Assembly (NCBI GenBank): GCA_963806035.1
Contig: CAWDWO010000039.1
Location: forward strand, 32,001 to 96,000
Direction: 5' to 3'
DNA: 64,000 nt
Origin: Candidatus Krumholzibacteriota bacterium
Lineage (GTDB): Bacteria > Krumholzibacteriota > Krumholzibacteriia > JAJRXK01
Under the pieces are notes generated by a model. That model saw only the letters and a program-made list of their open reading frames with translations. It was not told the DNA's origin and searched no databases. Each line of letters begins with the position of its first letter. Positions within the stretch are counted from its first letter, which is position 1. A program made the translations under genes and the position numbers. This document shows positions 28,153-37,961 of this stretch, piece by piece.

Positions 28153-30434
28153 TTGCAGATCTGGGCCTGGATCGTCCTCGCACTTTTGAGCCTGTCGCCT
28201 CCGGCGCTCAAGGGGGCGGACGAATGGCCCAGCGGACAGCTCACTCCACGCGTGGATCGTCCGCCCTTGGCGGGTGAGGGACTCAGCCGCAGCGTCTTGC
28301 TGACGCAGATCGACAGCCTCAGCACCCTGTATCACGACGAGAGTCGCTCCGACCGCGGACGCCTGGCCTATCGCATCGCCCAACTCTATCTCTCGACCGG
28401 CCTGCTCAAACACCACCGCGTTGCCCTGGACTATCTGGAGTCCGCGATGCAGGCCGACTCCTCGCTCTTCGACGCGCAGAGGCTGCGCGCTTCCTTGGCC
28501 CAATCGATGAAATACAGCGGTCAGGCGCGGCAATGGTATCGCGATCTGTGCCGCGCGTTTCCGCGGGACGGACGTTCCTGGCGGCTCCTGGGAGCCTTCG
28601 ATTTCGAAGAGGGGCGACGGGTTCTCGACCAGGACCAGTTCGAACGGGCCGCACGAGCCTATGCCCATGCAGTGAGGGTCGACTCCACCGACTGCCGGGC
28701 GCGATTGGGACTGGCGGCGAGCCTCATCGGCCTGGGAAAGTACGACACGATCCCGCGGCTCCTCGCGCCGCTGCGGGCGGAGAAGGCGTTCTCGCAGTCC
28801 GCGCTCCTGATGAGTGGCGCCGCGCACCGCGCACTGGGGGACGAAGAGGCGGCCGCGCAGGATTTTCAACGGGCGCTCGCGCACGCTTCGAAAGAGATGC
28901 AGGAAACGTATCTCTACGGGCGCGAGTTTCTGGACAAGAGTGAAACCATCCGTCGCTTCGCCGCGCACCTCGACCCAGAACTCTTGAAGCAGGGGATGAA
29001 GCAAGTCGATCCACAATGGATCGAGGCGAAGGGTCTCGATCTGAAGAAGGCCCTGGGAGACAGTCTCGTCCTGCGACAGGCTCTCGCGGAATACTGGCGC
29101 GCCAACAACCCCTGGCCGTCGCACCTGACGAACATGAACCGTTTGGAATACTGGCGGCGACTGGTGGAGGCGGAGGTGCTTTTCGGACGGCCCGAGGAGG
29201 GAGTCAAGGGCTACCAGCGCCAGCCAGGCGTGGCATGGGTGCGCTGGGGACGGCCCGACAATTCGATGTACCTGCCGCCTTCCCATGGGGGGCGCCTGGA
29301 TGATCTGGCCCCCTTCGCGCTCGATCTGAACATGGTTTTGCCTCCCCGGATGTGCCCCTTTGGGTGTGGGGCTACCGGCAGGGCCATTACCGCTTCGCCC
29401 TGGTCTTCGAGGACCTGGCCATGAACGGGAACTGGAGCGCGCAGAAATCCACCGCGCACCGCATGCGCTTGGCCGAGCGAGCCGCTCCACTGGCGGTCGC
29501 TCCTTCCACCACGGCCGAACCTGGTTGCCGGGTTTCCCTCAGCTCCGCCGCCTTCTATCGGCCCAATGGAGCGGCCACCCTGGAGAGCTATCTCGAGATC
29601 GAGAACACACTTCCGGAGATCCTCGCCGCGAGCGCCGGAGGCGGCGCTGAGGATCGCGAACGCGACTTCGAGGTGGAATATGCGGTATTCGACGCAAAGG
29701 AGCGTCGCATCGACCATCGCAAGCGGACCCTGGGCCCTGAGGACCGCCGTAGCGCCCTGCGCGCTGCCCTGGGATTGCCCAGGCTGAAGGAGGACGGCGA
29801 TCCCTGGCTCGCTCAGTTCGCGGCCGACCTGAAACCGGGCCGCTACCGCGTCGCGGTCGACCTGAGCGCGGCCGGGGGAGAAGAGCATCAATCGCGCGAA
29901 CTCTCGCTCCTCATCCCCGAACGTTCGGCCCGCGAACTCTCCATCAGCGATCTCGAGCTGGCCTCCACCTTCGAGGCTCTCGAGGGCGAGAGTTCACTGC
30001 CCTCCTCCATGGTCAAGCACGCCTTCGGCATCCTGCCCGTCCCCAACGGGGTGTTTTCTGCCCAGGAGCCAACGCTCTACGTGTACTACGAGATCTACTA
30101 CCTGTGTCAGGACGAGCAGGGGCAGACCAGTTTCGACGTGAGCTATCGCGTCTATCACCGCAAGGACAAGGATCACAGCCGGGTTCTGAGCCGCCGGGTG
30201 GTGCGCGGGCTGAGTGCCGTCGATCCGCTTTCGTTGAGCTATATGGAGGAGACCACCGCGGTGTCCCCGCACGAACACGTGGTGAAGGGGGGGATGGTGG
30301 ACATCAGCGGACTCCGAGCGGGGCGGTATGTACTGGAAGTGGCGGTGCGCGACCGGGTGTGCGATCAGGTGGCGCGTTCGTACGTGGCCTTCAGTAAGCA
30401 AGAAGGGCCGAACCCAGGAGCCCCAGTGGAATGA
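28153..30434 (+). CDS. TPR + GWxTD-like domain protein, frameshifted near 29345 (probable assembly error)
   Basis: Signal peptide and TPR-like helices; RLEYWRRLVEAEVLFG...PGVAWVRWGRPD; reading continues in ORF 29352-30434 (WVWGY...ISDLELA...YVYYEIY...GRYVLEVAVRD). Confidence 0.7.
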
Positions 30435-30594
30435 AGCCCCTCCCCGCGGCACGGTTGGATGCGCGGGGTTCCCCCCTCCCCCCGCACCAACAGGTGCCGC
30501 CCTCAGGATATGGGCAACCACCAGAGGCTCCTGGGTTCAGCCCAGGATAACCAGGTCCGATACTTGAAGTTAGCGGATCCGGCCTTGCTCCCCT
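30433..30594 (-). ncRNA. Candidate structured small RNA (unassigned)
   Basis: Minus-strand promoter at 30597-30625 points into an intergenic region containing four hairpins and no credible ORF. Confidence 0.35.
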
Positions 30595-30596
30595 CA

Positions 30597-30625
30597 GGTA
30601 TACAACGCTCTCGATCGAACGTCAA
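30597..30625 (-). promoter_or_regulatory. Sigma70-like promoter, minus strand
   Basis: TTGACG-17 nt-TATACC on the reverse complement. Confidence 0.55.
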
Positions 30626-30732
30626 GTCTGCTTCAAGATGACGGGAGCTTCCCCTTGCCGCCAGCCCTCACCCGTCGTAGAAAAGCAGGGGCCAAAGGCC
30701 GAATTTTCCCTCTCATTGGATGCGAGGCCATC

Positions 30733-31968
30733 GTGACGCAGCGTTCCGTCAAGTCGCTCCGCCATCGCGACTTTTACCGCGATCTCGAGAAGCTCCTCAC
30801 CCAGATCGACCAGGCCCAGGGCTTCGAGGAGATGCTCAGCGACCTGCTCGAGAAGGTCATCAAGAGCTACGCGGAGTACATCGGACTGGAGTCGGCGCGA
30901 CTCTACCGCGACGAGGGAGACGCCTATGTGGTCCTGCGCTCCTTCGGGGCCAAGGGAACCCAGGTCGTGGGCTTCCGGGTGGACCGAGGTTACGAGGTGC
31001 TGCGGCAGCTTCCTCCGCATCAGACCCGCTACTTCGCTCCCGACGATCCGGCCCTGAATCCCGAACTCGAGAAGGCGCTGGGCGTCCGGCACTTCGCCGC
31101 TTTTCTCGTGGGGCCCGCGCGCGACTACATCGTAGCTTTCGGTCTGAGCGAGGACGCCGACGTGCAGGAGGCGATGCTCATCTTGAGCACGCTGCGTCAC
31201 GCCATCGACACCCGCCTGAGACGGAGCGAGTTGGAAGGACAACTCCAGGAGGCGCACTCGATTCAGACCAGCCTCTTTCCCGGGCGCAGCTTCACATTCG
31301 ATGGCTACGAGATCGCGGGACAGAGTCTCCCGGCCGATCAGGTCGGCGGGGACATGCTCGACTATCTTCCGATCAGCGCCAACCTCTTGGGTCTGGCGGT
31401 GGGCGACGCCTCCGGGCACGGTCTGCCGGCAGCTCTGCAGGCCCGCGACGTGATCACCGGCCTGCGGATGGGGGTGGAGAAGGATCTGAAAATCACCGCC
31501 GTCTGCGAGCGATTGAACCGGGTCATCCACCGCAGCGGCCTCACATCGCGCTTCGTGAGCCTCTTCTTCGGAGAACTGGAGCTCAACGGCAATTTCGTCT
31601 ACGTCAACGCGGGGCACGATCCAGCTCTTCTCTTGCGCAAAGGGAAAAGAGGACAACTCTTGAAGTCGACCGGTCTCGTGCTCGGTCCGGTGAAGGACCT
31701 GGAGTACCGCCGGGGACTGGTGAACATCGAACCGGGCGACATGCTGGCTCTGTACACCGACGGCATCGTGGAACGCCAGGGGCCCGACGGCGAGTACGGA
31801 CTTGCGCGTCTGCGCTCGCTGCTGCAGAGCAGGCTGGATGAGGATCGACCGGTGCTGGAGATTCTGGATGAGGTGTTCGAGGACGTGAGGAGTTTCGGGC
31901 AGGGTCAAGCTTGGGCGGATGACGTCACCTTGATGCTCGTTCGCCGCAAACCCCTCGCGGACAAGTAG
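30733..31968 (+). CDS. PP2C/SpoIIE-family Ser phosphatase (RsbU-like)
   Basis: VGGDMLD, VGDASGHGLPAAL, YVNAGH, LYTDGIVE, DDVT; start uncertain. Confidence 0.88.
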   Translation: MTQRSVKSLRHRDFYRDLEKLLTQIDQAQGFEEMLSDLLEKVIKSYAEYIGLESARLYRDEGDAYVVLRSFGAKGTQVVGFRVDRGYEVLRQLPPHQTRYFAPDDPALNPELEKALGVRHFAAFLVGPARDYIVAFGLSEDADVQEAMLILSTLRHAIDTRLRRSELEGQLQEAHSIQTSLFPGRSFTFDGYEIAGQSLPADQVGGDMLDYLPISANLLGLAVGDASGHGLPAALQARDVITGLRMGVEKDLKITAVCERLNRVIHRSGLTSRFVSLFFGELELNGNFVYVNAGHDPALLLRKGKRGQLLKSTGLVLGPVKDLEYRRGLVNIEPGDMLALYTDGIVERQGPDGEYGLARLRSLLQSRLDEDRPVLEILDEVFEDVRSFGQGQAWADDVTLMLVRRKPLADK

Positions 31969-31986
31969 CGGACGGAGGGACAATCC

Positions 31987-32811
31987 GTGGGATCCATCGT
32001 CGTTGCCATCCCTTTCTGGGGAATGGTTCCAGTCTACGGACTGGCATTTCTCTTGTACGCGTGGGCCTTCGCGAAAAATGACCCCGCGACCTACCGCTGG
32101 GGCCGCGTCGTGCTGGCCCTGGCCGCGTTCGCCCATCTCTTCACCCTCTTGAATTTCGGGCGAGTGCGTGGAGAGTGGCCTCCCGTCTCGGGCGGCGAGA
32201 GCCTCGTGATTCTCGCCAACTCGATTTCCTTCATCTACCTGTACCTCGAATTTCGTTCGAACGCGCACGGCCTGGGTATCTTCGCCACTTTCATCGCTCT
32301 CTGTTTTCAAATCGTAGGCAGTATCATCGGTCCCGCGTTGAAAGTGCCGGAGATTTTGCGTGGCGTGGGCTTCGGACCGCACGTGGCCTTCAACATCACC
32401 GCCTTCGCGTCCCTCACCATCGCCGCCGCGACTGCTTTGACCTACGTGCTGCAATACCGGCAGCTGCGCAGCCTGCGCCCCGGCCCTCTGCTTTCCCGAC
32501 TGCCCTCGCTCGAACAGCTCGACCACATGAGCCATCGATCGACCCTCATGGGTTGGGTGTTCTTGAGTATGGGTCTGGTTCTCGGAGCCAAGCTGGCCGA
32601 ACAGGTCTGGGGAAAGGCCTGGCAGTGGGATCCCAAGCAGTGCACGACCCTCTTGACCTGGATGATCTTCGGCTTCGCCCTCTTTCTGAGACGTTTCCGC
32701 GCATGGCAGGGTGGAAAGATGGCCGCGGTGACCATCATCGGCTTCTTGTCCATCATCCTCGCCTTCGTACTGTTCAACGGGCTGATGCCCTCTGCCCATC
32801 ACTTCACGTAG
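31987..32811 (+). CDS. ccsA: Cytochrome c assembly protein (CcsA/HemX-like)
   Basis: Multi-TM, WQWDPK motif, LPSLEQLD, terminal His; upstream of hemA. Confidence 0.85.
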   Translation: MGSIVVAIPFWGMVPVYGLAFLLYAWAFAKNDPATYRWGRVVLALAAFAHLFTLLNFGRVRGEWPPVSGGESLVILANSISFIYLYLEFRSNAHGLGIFATFIALCFQIVGSIIGPALKVPEILRGVGFGPHVAFNITAFASLTIAAATALTYVLQYRQLRSLRPGPLLSRLPSLEQLDHMSHRSTLMGWVFLSMGLVLGAKLAEQVWGKAWQWDPKQCTTLLTWMIFGFALFLRRFRAWQGGKMAAVTIIGFLSIILAFVLFNGLMPSAHHFT

Positions 32812-32819
32812 GAGGAGCC

Positions 32820-34088
32820 TTGCCGATCCTCCTCCTGGGACAGAACCATCGCACCGCTCCCGTCGAGCTGCGCGAACGGCTCGCCTTCGACGAAGAGAAG
32901 ACGAGCGTGCTGGCGAAGTGTCTAAAGCAGGACCCCACGATCAGCGAGGCGGTGGTGGTCTCCACCTGCAATCGGATGGAAATCTACGCGGTGGCCGACG
33001 ACGCGGAACGCGGAGTGGCCCGGCTGGAAGAACTTTTGGAACAAGTGCACGAAGTTCCCTTGGAACGAATCGCCGGCTCGCTCTATCGCGAGACCGACGA
33101 CGAGGCCTTGCGACACCTCTTCCGGGTGGCCAGCGGACTCGACAGCATGGTTTTGGGCGAGGGACAGATCCTCTCTCAGGTGAAGGCGGGCTACGCGAGC
33201 TCGCGCGATCTGGGACTGACGCGAGAGATTCTGCATCGCACCTTCAACCAGGCCACGGCCTGCGGGAAGAAAGTGCGCACCGACACCAAGATCGGTGAAG
33301 GGGCGGTCTCGGTCGCGTTTGCCGCCGTCGAACTGGCGAAGAAGATCTTTCAGGATCTCACCAAGGAAAAGGTTCTGCTGATCGGGGCCGGAGCCACCGG
33401 AACCAAGGTAGCGCACCATCTGAAGGTCTTCGGAGTGGAAGATGTGCTGGTGACCAACCGCACGCTGGAACGCGGTCGATCCCTGGCGGATTGCCTCGGC
33501 GCAACTCTGGTTCCGTGGGAAAACTACGGCGCTTATCTCAACGAGGTCGCCATCGTGGTGACCGCGGCCTCGGTGCAGAGGCCACTCTTCACCATGGAGA
33601 CCGTGCAGCGAGCCCTGGAAGGCCGCGGGCGTCGCCCCCTGTTTCTCATCGACCTCGGCGTACCCCGCAACATCGATCCCGCCATCAGCAAGAAGGCGGG
33701 CATCTTCCTCTACAACGTCGACCACCTCGAAGGCATCGTGGCAGAATCCTCGGCCAAGCGGCGCGGCGAAGCGGAGAAAGCCGAGGAGATCATCGACGAG
33801 CAACTCTGTCAGCTCCTGGAGTGGCTGGCATCGCGCTCGATGACTCCTACCCTGAAGCAGTTGCGACAGCGCCTGGAGGAAATTCGCGCCAACGAGGTGG
33901 CTCTGGCGCGCAACCGCCTCGACGAGAAATCTCTGGCGGAATTGGAACGCGTCAGTCACCGCATCGTGAACAAGATTTTGCACACCCCGACCGTTCGTAT
34001 GAAAGACGAAGCTGCCAAGGGGGAAGGGGCGTCGATCATCCAACACGTCCGCCACCTCTTCGGACTGGACGACAAGTCGCTGCGCTGA
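32820..34088 (+). CDS. hemA: Glutamyl-tRNA reductase
   Basis: NHRTAPVELRE, STCNRME, VASGLDSMVLGEGQI, IGAG, DLGVPRNID; TTG start after GGAGGAG. Confidence 0.95.
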   Translation: MPILLLGQNHRTAPVELRERLAFDEEKTSVLAKCLKQDPTISEAVVVSTCNRMEIYAVADDAERGVARLEELLEQVHEVPLERIAGSLYRETDDEALRHLFRVASGLDSMVLGEGQILSQVKAGYASSRDLGLTREILHRTFNQATACGKKVRTDTKIGEGAVSVAFAAVELAKKIFQDLTKEKVLLIGAGATGTKVAHHLKVFGVEDVLVTNRTLERGRSLADCLGATLVPWENYGAYLNEVAIVVTAASVQRPLFTMETVQRALEGRGRRPLFLIDLGVPRNIDPAISKKAGIFLYNVDHLEGIVAESSAKRRGEAEKAEEIIDEQLCQLLEWLASRSMTPTLKQLRQRLEEIRANEVALARNRLDEKSLAELERVSHRIVNKILHTPTVRMKDEAAKGEGASIIQHVRHLFGLDDKSLR

Positions 34089-34122
34089 GTGCGGCGATAC
34101 CGGGCATTCATCTTCGGGGACT

Positions 34123-34917
34123 TTGTCCATGAACGAGAGACTATCCGGATTGCGTCTGTGGATCACCCGCCCCGAACCGGCCGCATTGCGCACCGCCCGG
34201 CGCTTCGAAGAAGAAGGCGCCAGCTGCCGCCTGGAGTCGACGGTGAGCTTGCGGCCCGTGGACTTGAGCCCTGAAGAGTGCGCGCGGCTGAGCGATTTCC
34301 TTCCCGGCGCCAGGCTGCTCTTGAGCTCGGCCAACGCGGGGCGCTATCTGCTGGAAGCGCTGGCTAACAATCCCCAGCTGAAGGCGCGGGTGTTGCAGCT
34401 GCCGGTCTCGGCGGTGGGGGAGAAGACGGCTCGCGCCGCGCACTCGCTGGGTTGGCAAGTGGAACACGTCGCCTCACTCGCACTGGGTCTTCAGCTGGCG
34501 CGCGAACTCGTGGAAGAGGGCGCGAGTTCGCGCGTGCTCTTGCCAGGAAGCGATCGACGCCGTCCCGAGGCGGAGGCTCTGCTGCGCGAGGAGGGAGTCG
34601 AGGTCTATCCCCTGTGCGTCTACCGCACCTTGCCCGCTGAAACCCTCTCGCCCGCGCTGCTGGAGCTTCTGCGGGAAGGACTTCTGGATGCCAGCCTGGT
34701 CTACTCCCCTTCGGCTGTTTCCGGGATGGTGACCGGGGCGCTGGCGGGTGGACTGAAGCCGCGGCAACTTCCACCGTGTCTTGCCCTGGGAAGCACCACC
34801 GCTTCCGAAGTGGTTGCCAAGGGTCTGCGCTTGGGCGCGGCCCCGCTCGCGCCGGGGGAGGATGCGCTGGTGGAAGCCAGCGTGAAATGGTGGACGAGCA
34901 AGCGAGCTGGCTCGTGA
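34123..34917 (+). CDS. hemD: Uroporphyrinogen-III synthase
   Basis: ITRP, SANA, AVGEKTA, VYRT, YSPSAV, LGSTTA. Confidence 0.82.
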   Translation: MSMNERLSGLRLWITRPEPAALRTARRFEEEGASCRLESTVSLRPVDLSPEECARLSDFLPGARLLLSSANAGRYLLEALANNPQLKARVLQLPVSAVGEKTARAAHSLGWQVEHVASLALGLQLARELVEEGASSRVLLPGSDRRRPEAEALLREEGVEVYPLCVYRTLPAETLSPALLELLREGLLDASLVYSPSAVSGMVTGALAGGLKPRQLPPCLALGSTTASEVVAKGLRLGAAPLAPGEDALVEASVKWWTSKRAGS

Positions 34918-36542
34918 CGAGCTCTCGCATCAGGGAGATTCCCGCCCTGCCGCTCTTGGCGGCGGCCCTGGCCGGCCTGGGCCTGTTCCTGATCAGGTTT
35001 TCTTTCGGCTCGACCCCTCTCGCGCTGCCTCTCGACGATGCCTACATCCACAGTGCGTTCGCATCCCATCTGGCCCACGGCCCGGTCTGGGGACTCTTCG
35101 CGGGTCAGCACAGCAGTGGCGAGAGTTCACCGCTATGGCCCTGGCTCTTGGCGCCCGCGGAGTTGGGCCGGCTGCATGGGGCTGTACCGTGGGCCCTCAT
35201 CCTGGACGCTCTCGCATTTCTTCCTTTGCCCTTCTTGTGCGCGAGCCTGGCCGGCACGCGCGCGCGTTCTCTCTGGCTCGGCCTGAGCTTTGCCTTTTGT
35301 GGTCCGCTGCTCTCGCTGGCGCTGTCGGGGATGGAGTCGCTGCCCGCGCTGAGTCTGGGGCTGGCCGCCCTGTACCGATACGGGCGTGGTGATCTGCGTG
35401 GGGCTGGGCTCTTCGCGGCGGGCGCGGTCTGTTTGCGCCCCGATGCGCTCCTGCTGCTGGGCTCATTGGGCTTGGTTTCACTCTGGTCAAACGGGGCGGA
35501 GCGCGGATCGAGCGCGCGAAGGGGCGATCTCTTGAAGAGCCTGGCCCCGGGCGCCCTGCTCGCCGCTGGCGCCCTGCTGCTGCTCTTCGCGCTCCAGGGG
35601 TTTCACGCGCCCACCACTCTGGAGGGGCGCCGTTGGCTGATGGGACTGCCCGCGGAGCTCAGCTGGAACACCCTCGGCGCATCGCCGCTGCGCTTGTTTC
35701 GCGAATGGCTGCACGCCTTCGGCGCGGACTTCGGCCTGGGGCGCGTGGTGTTCGCGCACCCCGGCTCTCTACTCGGCGTCTTGCACGCCCTCTGGAAGAT
35801 CGTCTTCCCCTTCACGCTCTTGGCGGGGGTCTTCGCCTGGGGCCGCCGTTGGAACAAGGAGAGAAGCAGTGCGGTAATGGTCCTCGTGGTCTGGACTCTG
35901 TCCTCGCTCCTCTTCTATGCCCTCCTGCTGCCCACCCGCGGGCACCTCGGTCGCTATCAACCCCAGCTCTACCCGCTGCTGTTCTTCTTCGCAGTCGAGG
36001 GGATTGCCTTCTTGGGCCGGCTGCCCCGGCTCGGGGCCTTTAGCGCAACGGCGGCCGGCGCACTGCTGATTCTGGCTCTGCTTTCGAGCACGGTGGAGCA
36101 GAGTGGACTGTGGTGCGCCGCGGTGCGCCATCTGGAAAGGGTGCACCTGCGCGCCGCCTCCTCGCTCTCGACCATTCTGCCGCGCGATGCCCGGCTCGCC
36201 GTCTTCGACGTGGGCGCGGTCGCCTACGAGGACCCGGCCGCGATGATCGACCTGAGCGGCCTCTCCGATCCCGAAATGGCCCACGCGCTCTCCGCCGCCT
36301 CGAGAGGCGCCGTGGTGCGGCTTCTTCACCAGCGGGGGGCAAGCCATCTCCTCTTGCCGGTGCTGCGCGACGGCGCGGCCGACGGTCTGGATCGTCGCTT
36401 GGGACTGCGCTCGAGCGGCGAGCTTCGACTCGAGGAGATGCGGCGCTGGGAGAGCCCGCTGGCCGCTTGGGGCCCCGCCTTCGCCTACACCGGGAATGCG
36501 TTTCGCCAGCTCGTTCTCTACCGGATCGACTGGCTGAAGTGA
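34914..36542 (+). CDS. Polytopic membrane protein, GT-C-type glycosyltransferase-like
   Basis: LDDAYIH, GESSPLW, SGMES, RPD, GRY motifs and many TM segments. Confidence 0.65.
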   Translation: MTSSRIREIPALPLLAAALAGLGLFLIRFSFGSTPLALPLDDAYIHSAFASHLAHGPVWGLFAGQHSSGESSPLWPWLLAPAELGRLHGAVPWALILDALAFLPLPFLCASLAGTRARSLWLGLSFAFCGPLLSLALSGMESLPALSLGLAALYRYGRGDLRGAGLFAAGAVCLRPDALLLLGSLGLVSLWSNGAERGSSARRGDLLKSLAPGALLAAGALLLLFALQGFHAPTTLEGRRWLMGLPAELSWNTLGASPLRLFREWLHAFGADFGLGRVVFAHPGSLLGVLHALWKIVFPFTLLAGVFAWGRRWNKERSSAVMVLVVWTLSSLLFYALLLPTRGHLGRYQPQLYPLLFFFAVEGIAFLGRLPRLGAFSATAAGALLILALLSSTVEQSGLWCAAVRHLERVHLRAASSLSTILPRDARLAVFDVGAVAYEDPAAMIDLSGLSDPEMAHALSAASRGAVVRLLHQRGASHLLLPVLRDGAADGLDRRLGLRSSGELRLEEMRRWESPLAAWGPAFAYTGNAFRQLVLYRIDWLK

Positions 36543-36599
36543 GAGCCCGGCCGCCGGCCGGTTGGACAGCGGCAGAGTGCTCCTTATACTTCTTGCGCC

Positions 36600-37238
36600 A
36601 TGCAAATCAGCGAGATCTTCTACAGCATCCAGGGCGAGGGAAGCCGTCGGGGCCGTCCCTGCACTTTCGTGCGACTCAGCGCTTGTCCGTTGCGCTGCCG
36701 TTGGTGCGACACCAGCTACGCCTTCAGCGGGGGCGAGACGATGTCTGTGGCCGAGATCCTCGAGCAGGTGAAGTCCTACTCCACCCGCATGGTCTGCGTG
36801 ACCGGCGGGGAGCCCCTGGCCCAGCACGAGGTGCACGGGCTCATGCAAGACCTCGCGGACACCGGCTACACCGTGCTGTTGGAGACGAGCGGGGCCTTCG
36901 ATCTGGGCGGGATCGATCCGCGCGTGGTACGGATCGTCGATCTGAAGGCGCCGGGAAGCGGGGAGGAGGCCAGGAATCTCTGGTCGAACCTGGATCTGCT
37001 CCGCGAGAGCGATGAGATCAAATTCGTTCTTCTCGATCGGCGCGACTACGAGTGGGCCAGGGAGATTCTGGAGCGGCACGAACTCGCCTCGAAAGTGCAT
37101 GCGCTGCTTTTCAGCCCGGTGCACGGAGAACTCGATCCCGCGCTGCTGGCGGCGTGGATTCTAGAGGACGGTCTGCCGGTTACCCTGCAATTGCAGCTGC
37201 ACAAGCTTCTGTGGCCGCAAGCGACCCGGGGAGTGTAA
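36600..37238 (+). CDS. queE: 7-carboxy-7-deazaguanine synthase (radical SAM)
   Basis: EIFYSIQGEG, CPLRCRWCDT, TGGEPL, LETSG, QLHK. Confidence 0.93.
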   Translation: MQISEIFYSIQGEGSRRGRPCTFVRLSACPLRCRWCDTSYAFSGGETMSVAEILEQVKSYSTRMVCVTGGEPLAQHEVHGLMQDLADTGYTVLLETSGAFDLGGIDPRVVRIVDLKAPGSGEEARNLWSNLDLLRESDEIKFVLLDRRDYEWAREILERHELASKVHALLFSPVHGELDPALLAAWILEDGLPVTLQLQLHKLLWPQATRGV

Positions 37239-37240
37239 GC

Positions 37241-37930
37241 ATGTCCATCGGAGTGGTGTGTCTGAGTGGAGGCCTGGATTCGTGCGTGACGCTCGCGACC
37301 GCGTTGAAGCAGCACGACGAAATCGCGGCCCTGCACTTCAGCTACGGGCAGCGCACCGAGAAGCGCGAACGCAGGGCATTCGAGGAAATCTGTGATCACT
37401 ATCGCATTGCGCGCCGCCTGCGCGCGAAGCAGCCGGCTCTCCGAGAGATCGGAGGCTCCGCTTTGACGGACAAGGAACTGCAGATTCCCAGCCAGTCCGC
37501 TTCCCTGGACGCTCCCTCTGGAAGCGGAGAGGTTCCCATCACCTACGTGCCGTTTCGAAACGGACAGATCCTCGCGCTGGCCTGCGCCTGGGCCGAGACC
37601 CTCAGTGCGGACGCCGTGTATCTGGGAGCGGTCGAGGAGGATTCCTCGGGCTATCCCGATTGCCGGGAGGAGTTCTTCGTGGCCTTTGCCAAAGCAGTGG
37701 AAACCGGTACGCGTCCGCGGACCCACATCGCCATCGCCACGCCGCTTCTACATCTGCGCAAGGGGGAGATCGTGGCGAAGGGCCTGGAGCTTCAGGCGCC
37801 CTTGCATCTGAGCTGGTCGTGCTATGAAGCCTCTGAGCGCGCCTGCGGGCGCTGTGAGAGCTGCGCCCTGCGGCTCAAGGGCTTTGAGGAAGCGGGCGCG
37901 GTCGACCCCATTCCCTACCAGAAGTCCTAG
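37241..37930 (+). CDS. queC: 7-cyano-7-deazaguanine synthase
   Basis: SGGLDS, YGQR, TYVPFRN, GYPDCR, WSCY, CGRCESC. Confidence 0.95.
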   Translation: MSIGVVCLSGGLDSCVTLATALKQHDEIAALHFSYGQRTEKRERRAFEEICDHYRIARRLRAKQPALREIGGSALTDKELQIPSQSASLDAPSGSGEVPITYVPFRNGQILALACAWAETLSADAVYLGAVEEDSSGYPDCREEFFVAFAKAVETGTRPRTHIAIATPLLHLRKGEIVAKGLELQAPLHLSWSCYEASERACGRCESCALRLKGFEEAGAVDPIPYQKS

Positions 37931-37961
37931 GCCAGGCCCTCCCGTGCCTTGAAGGAGGCGG

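Noticed and set aside
30555..30580. CUUCAAG loop on the minus strand resembling a tRNA-Sec anticodon
   Set aside because: There is no proper anticodon stem, T-arm or acceptor/CCA end.
36600..37930. queE-queC as part of a 7-deazaguanine DNA-modification (dpd) defence system
   Set aside because: No dpdA/tgt-like or other dpd genes are nearby; ordinary queuosine synthesis explains them.
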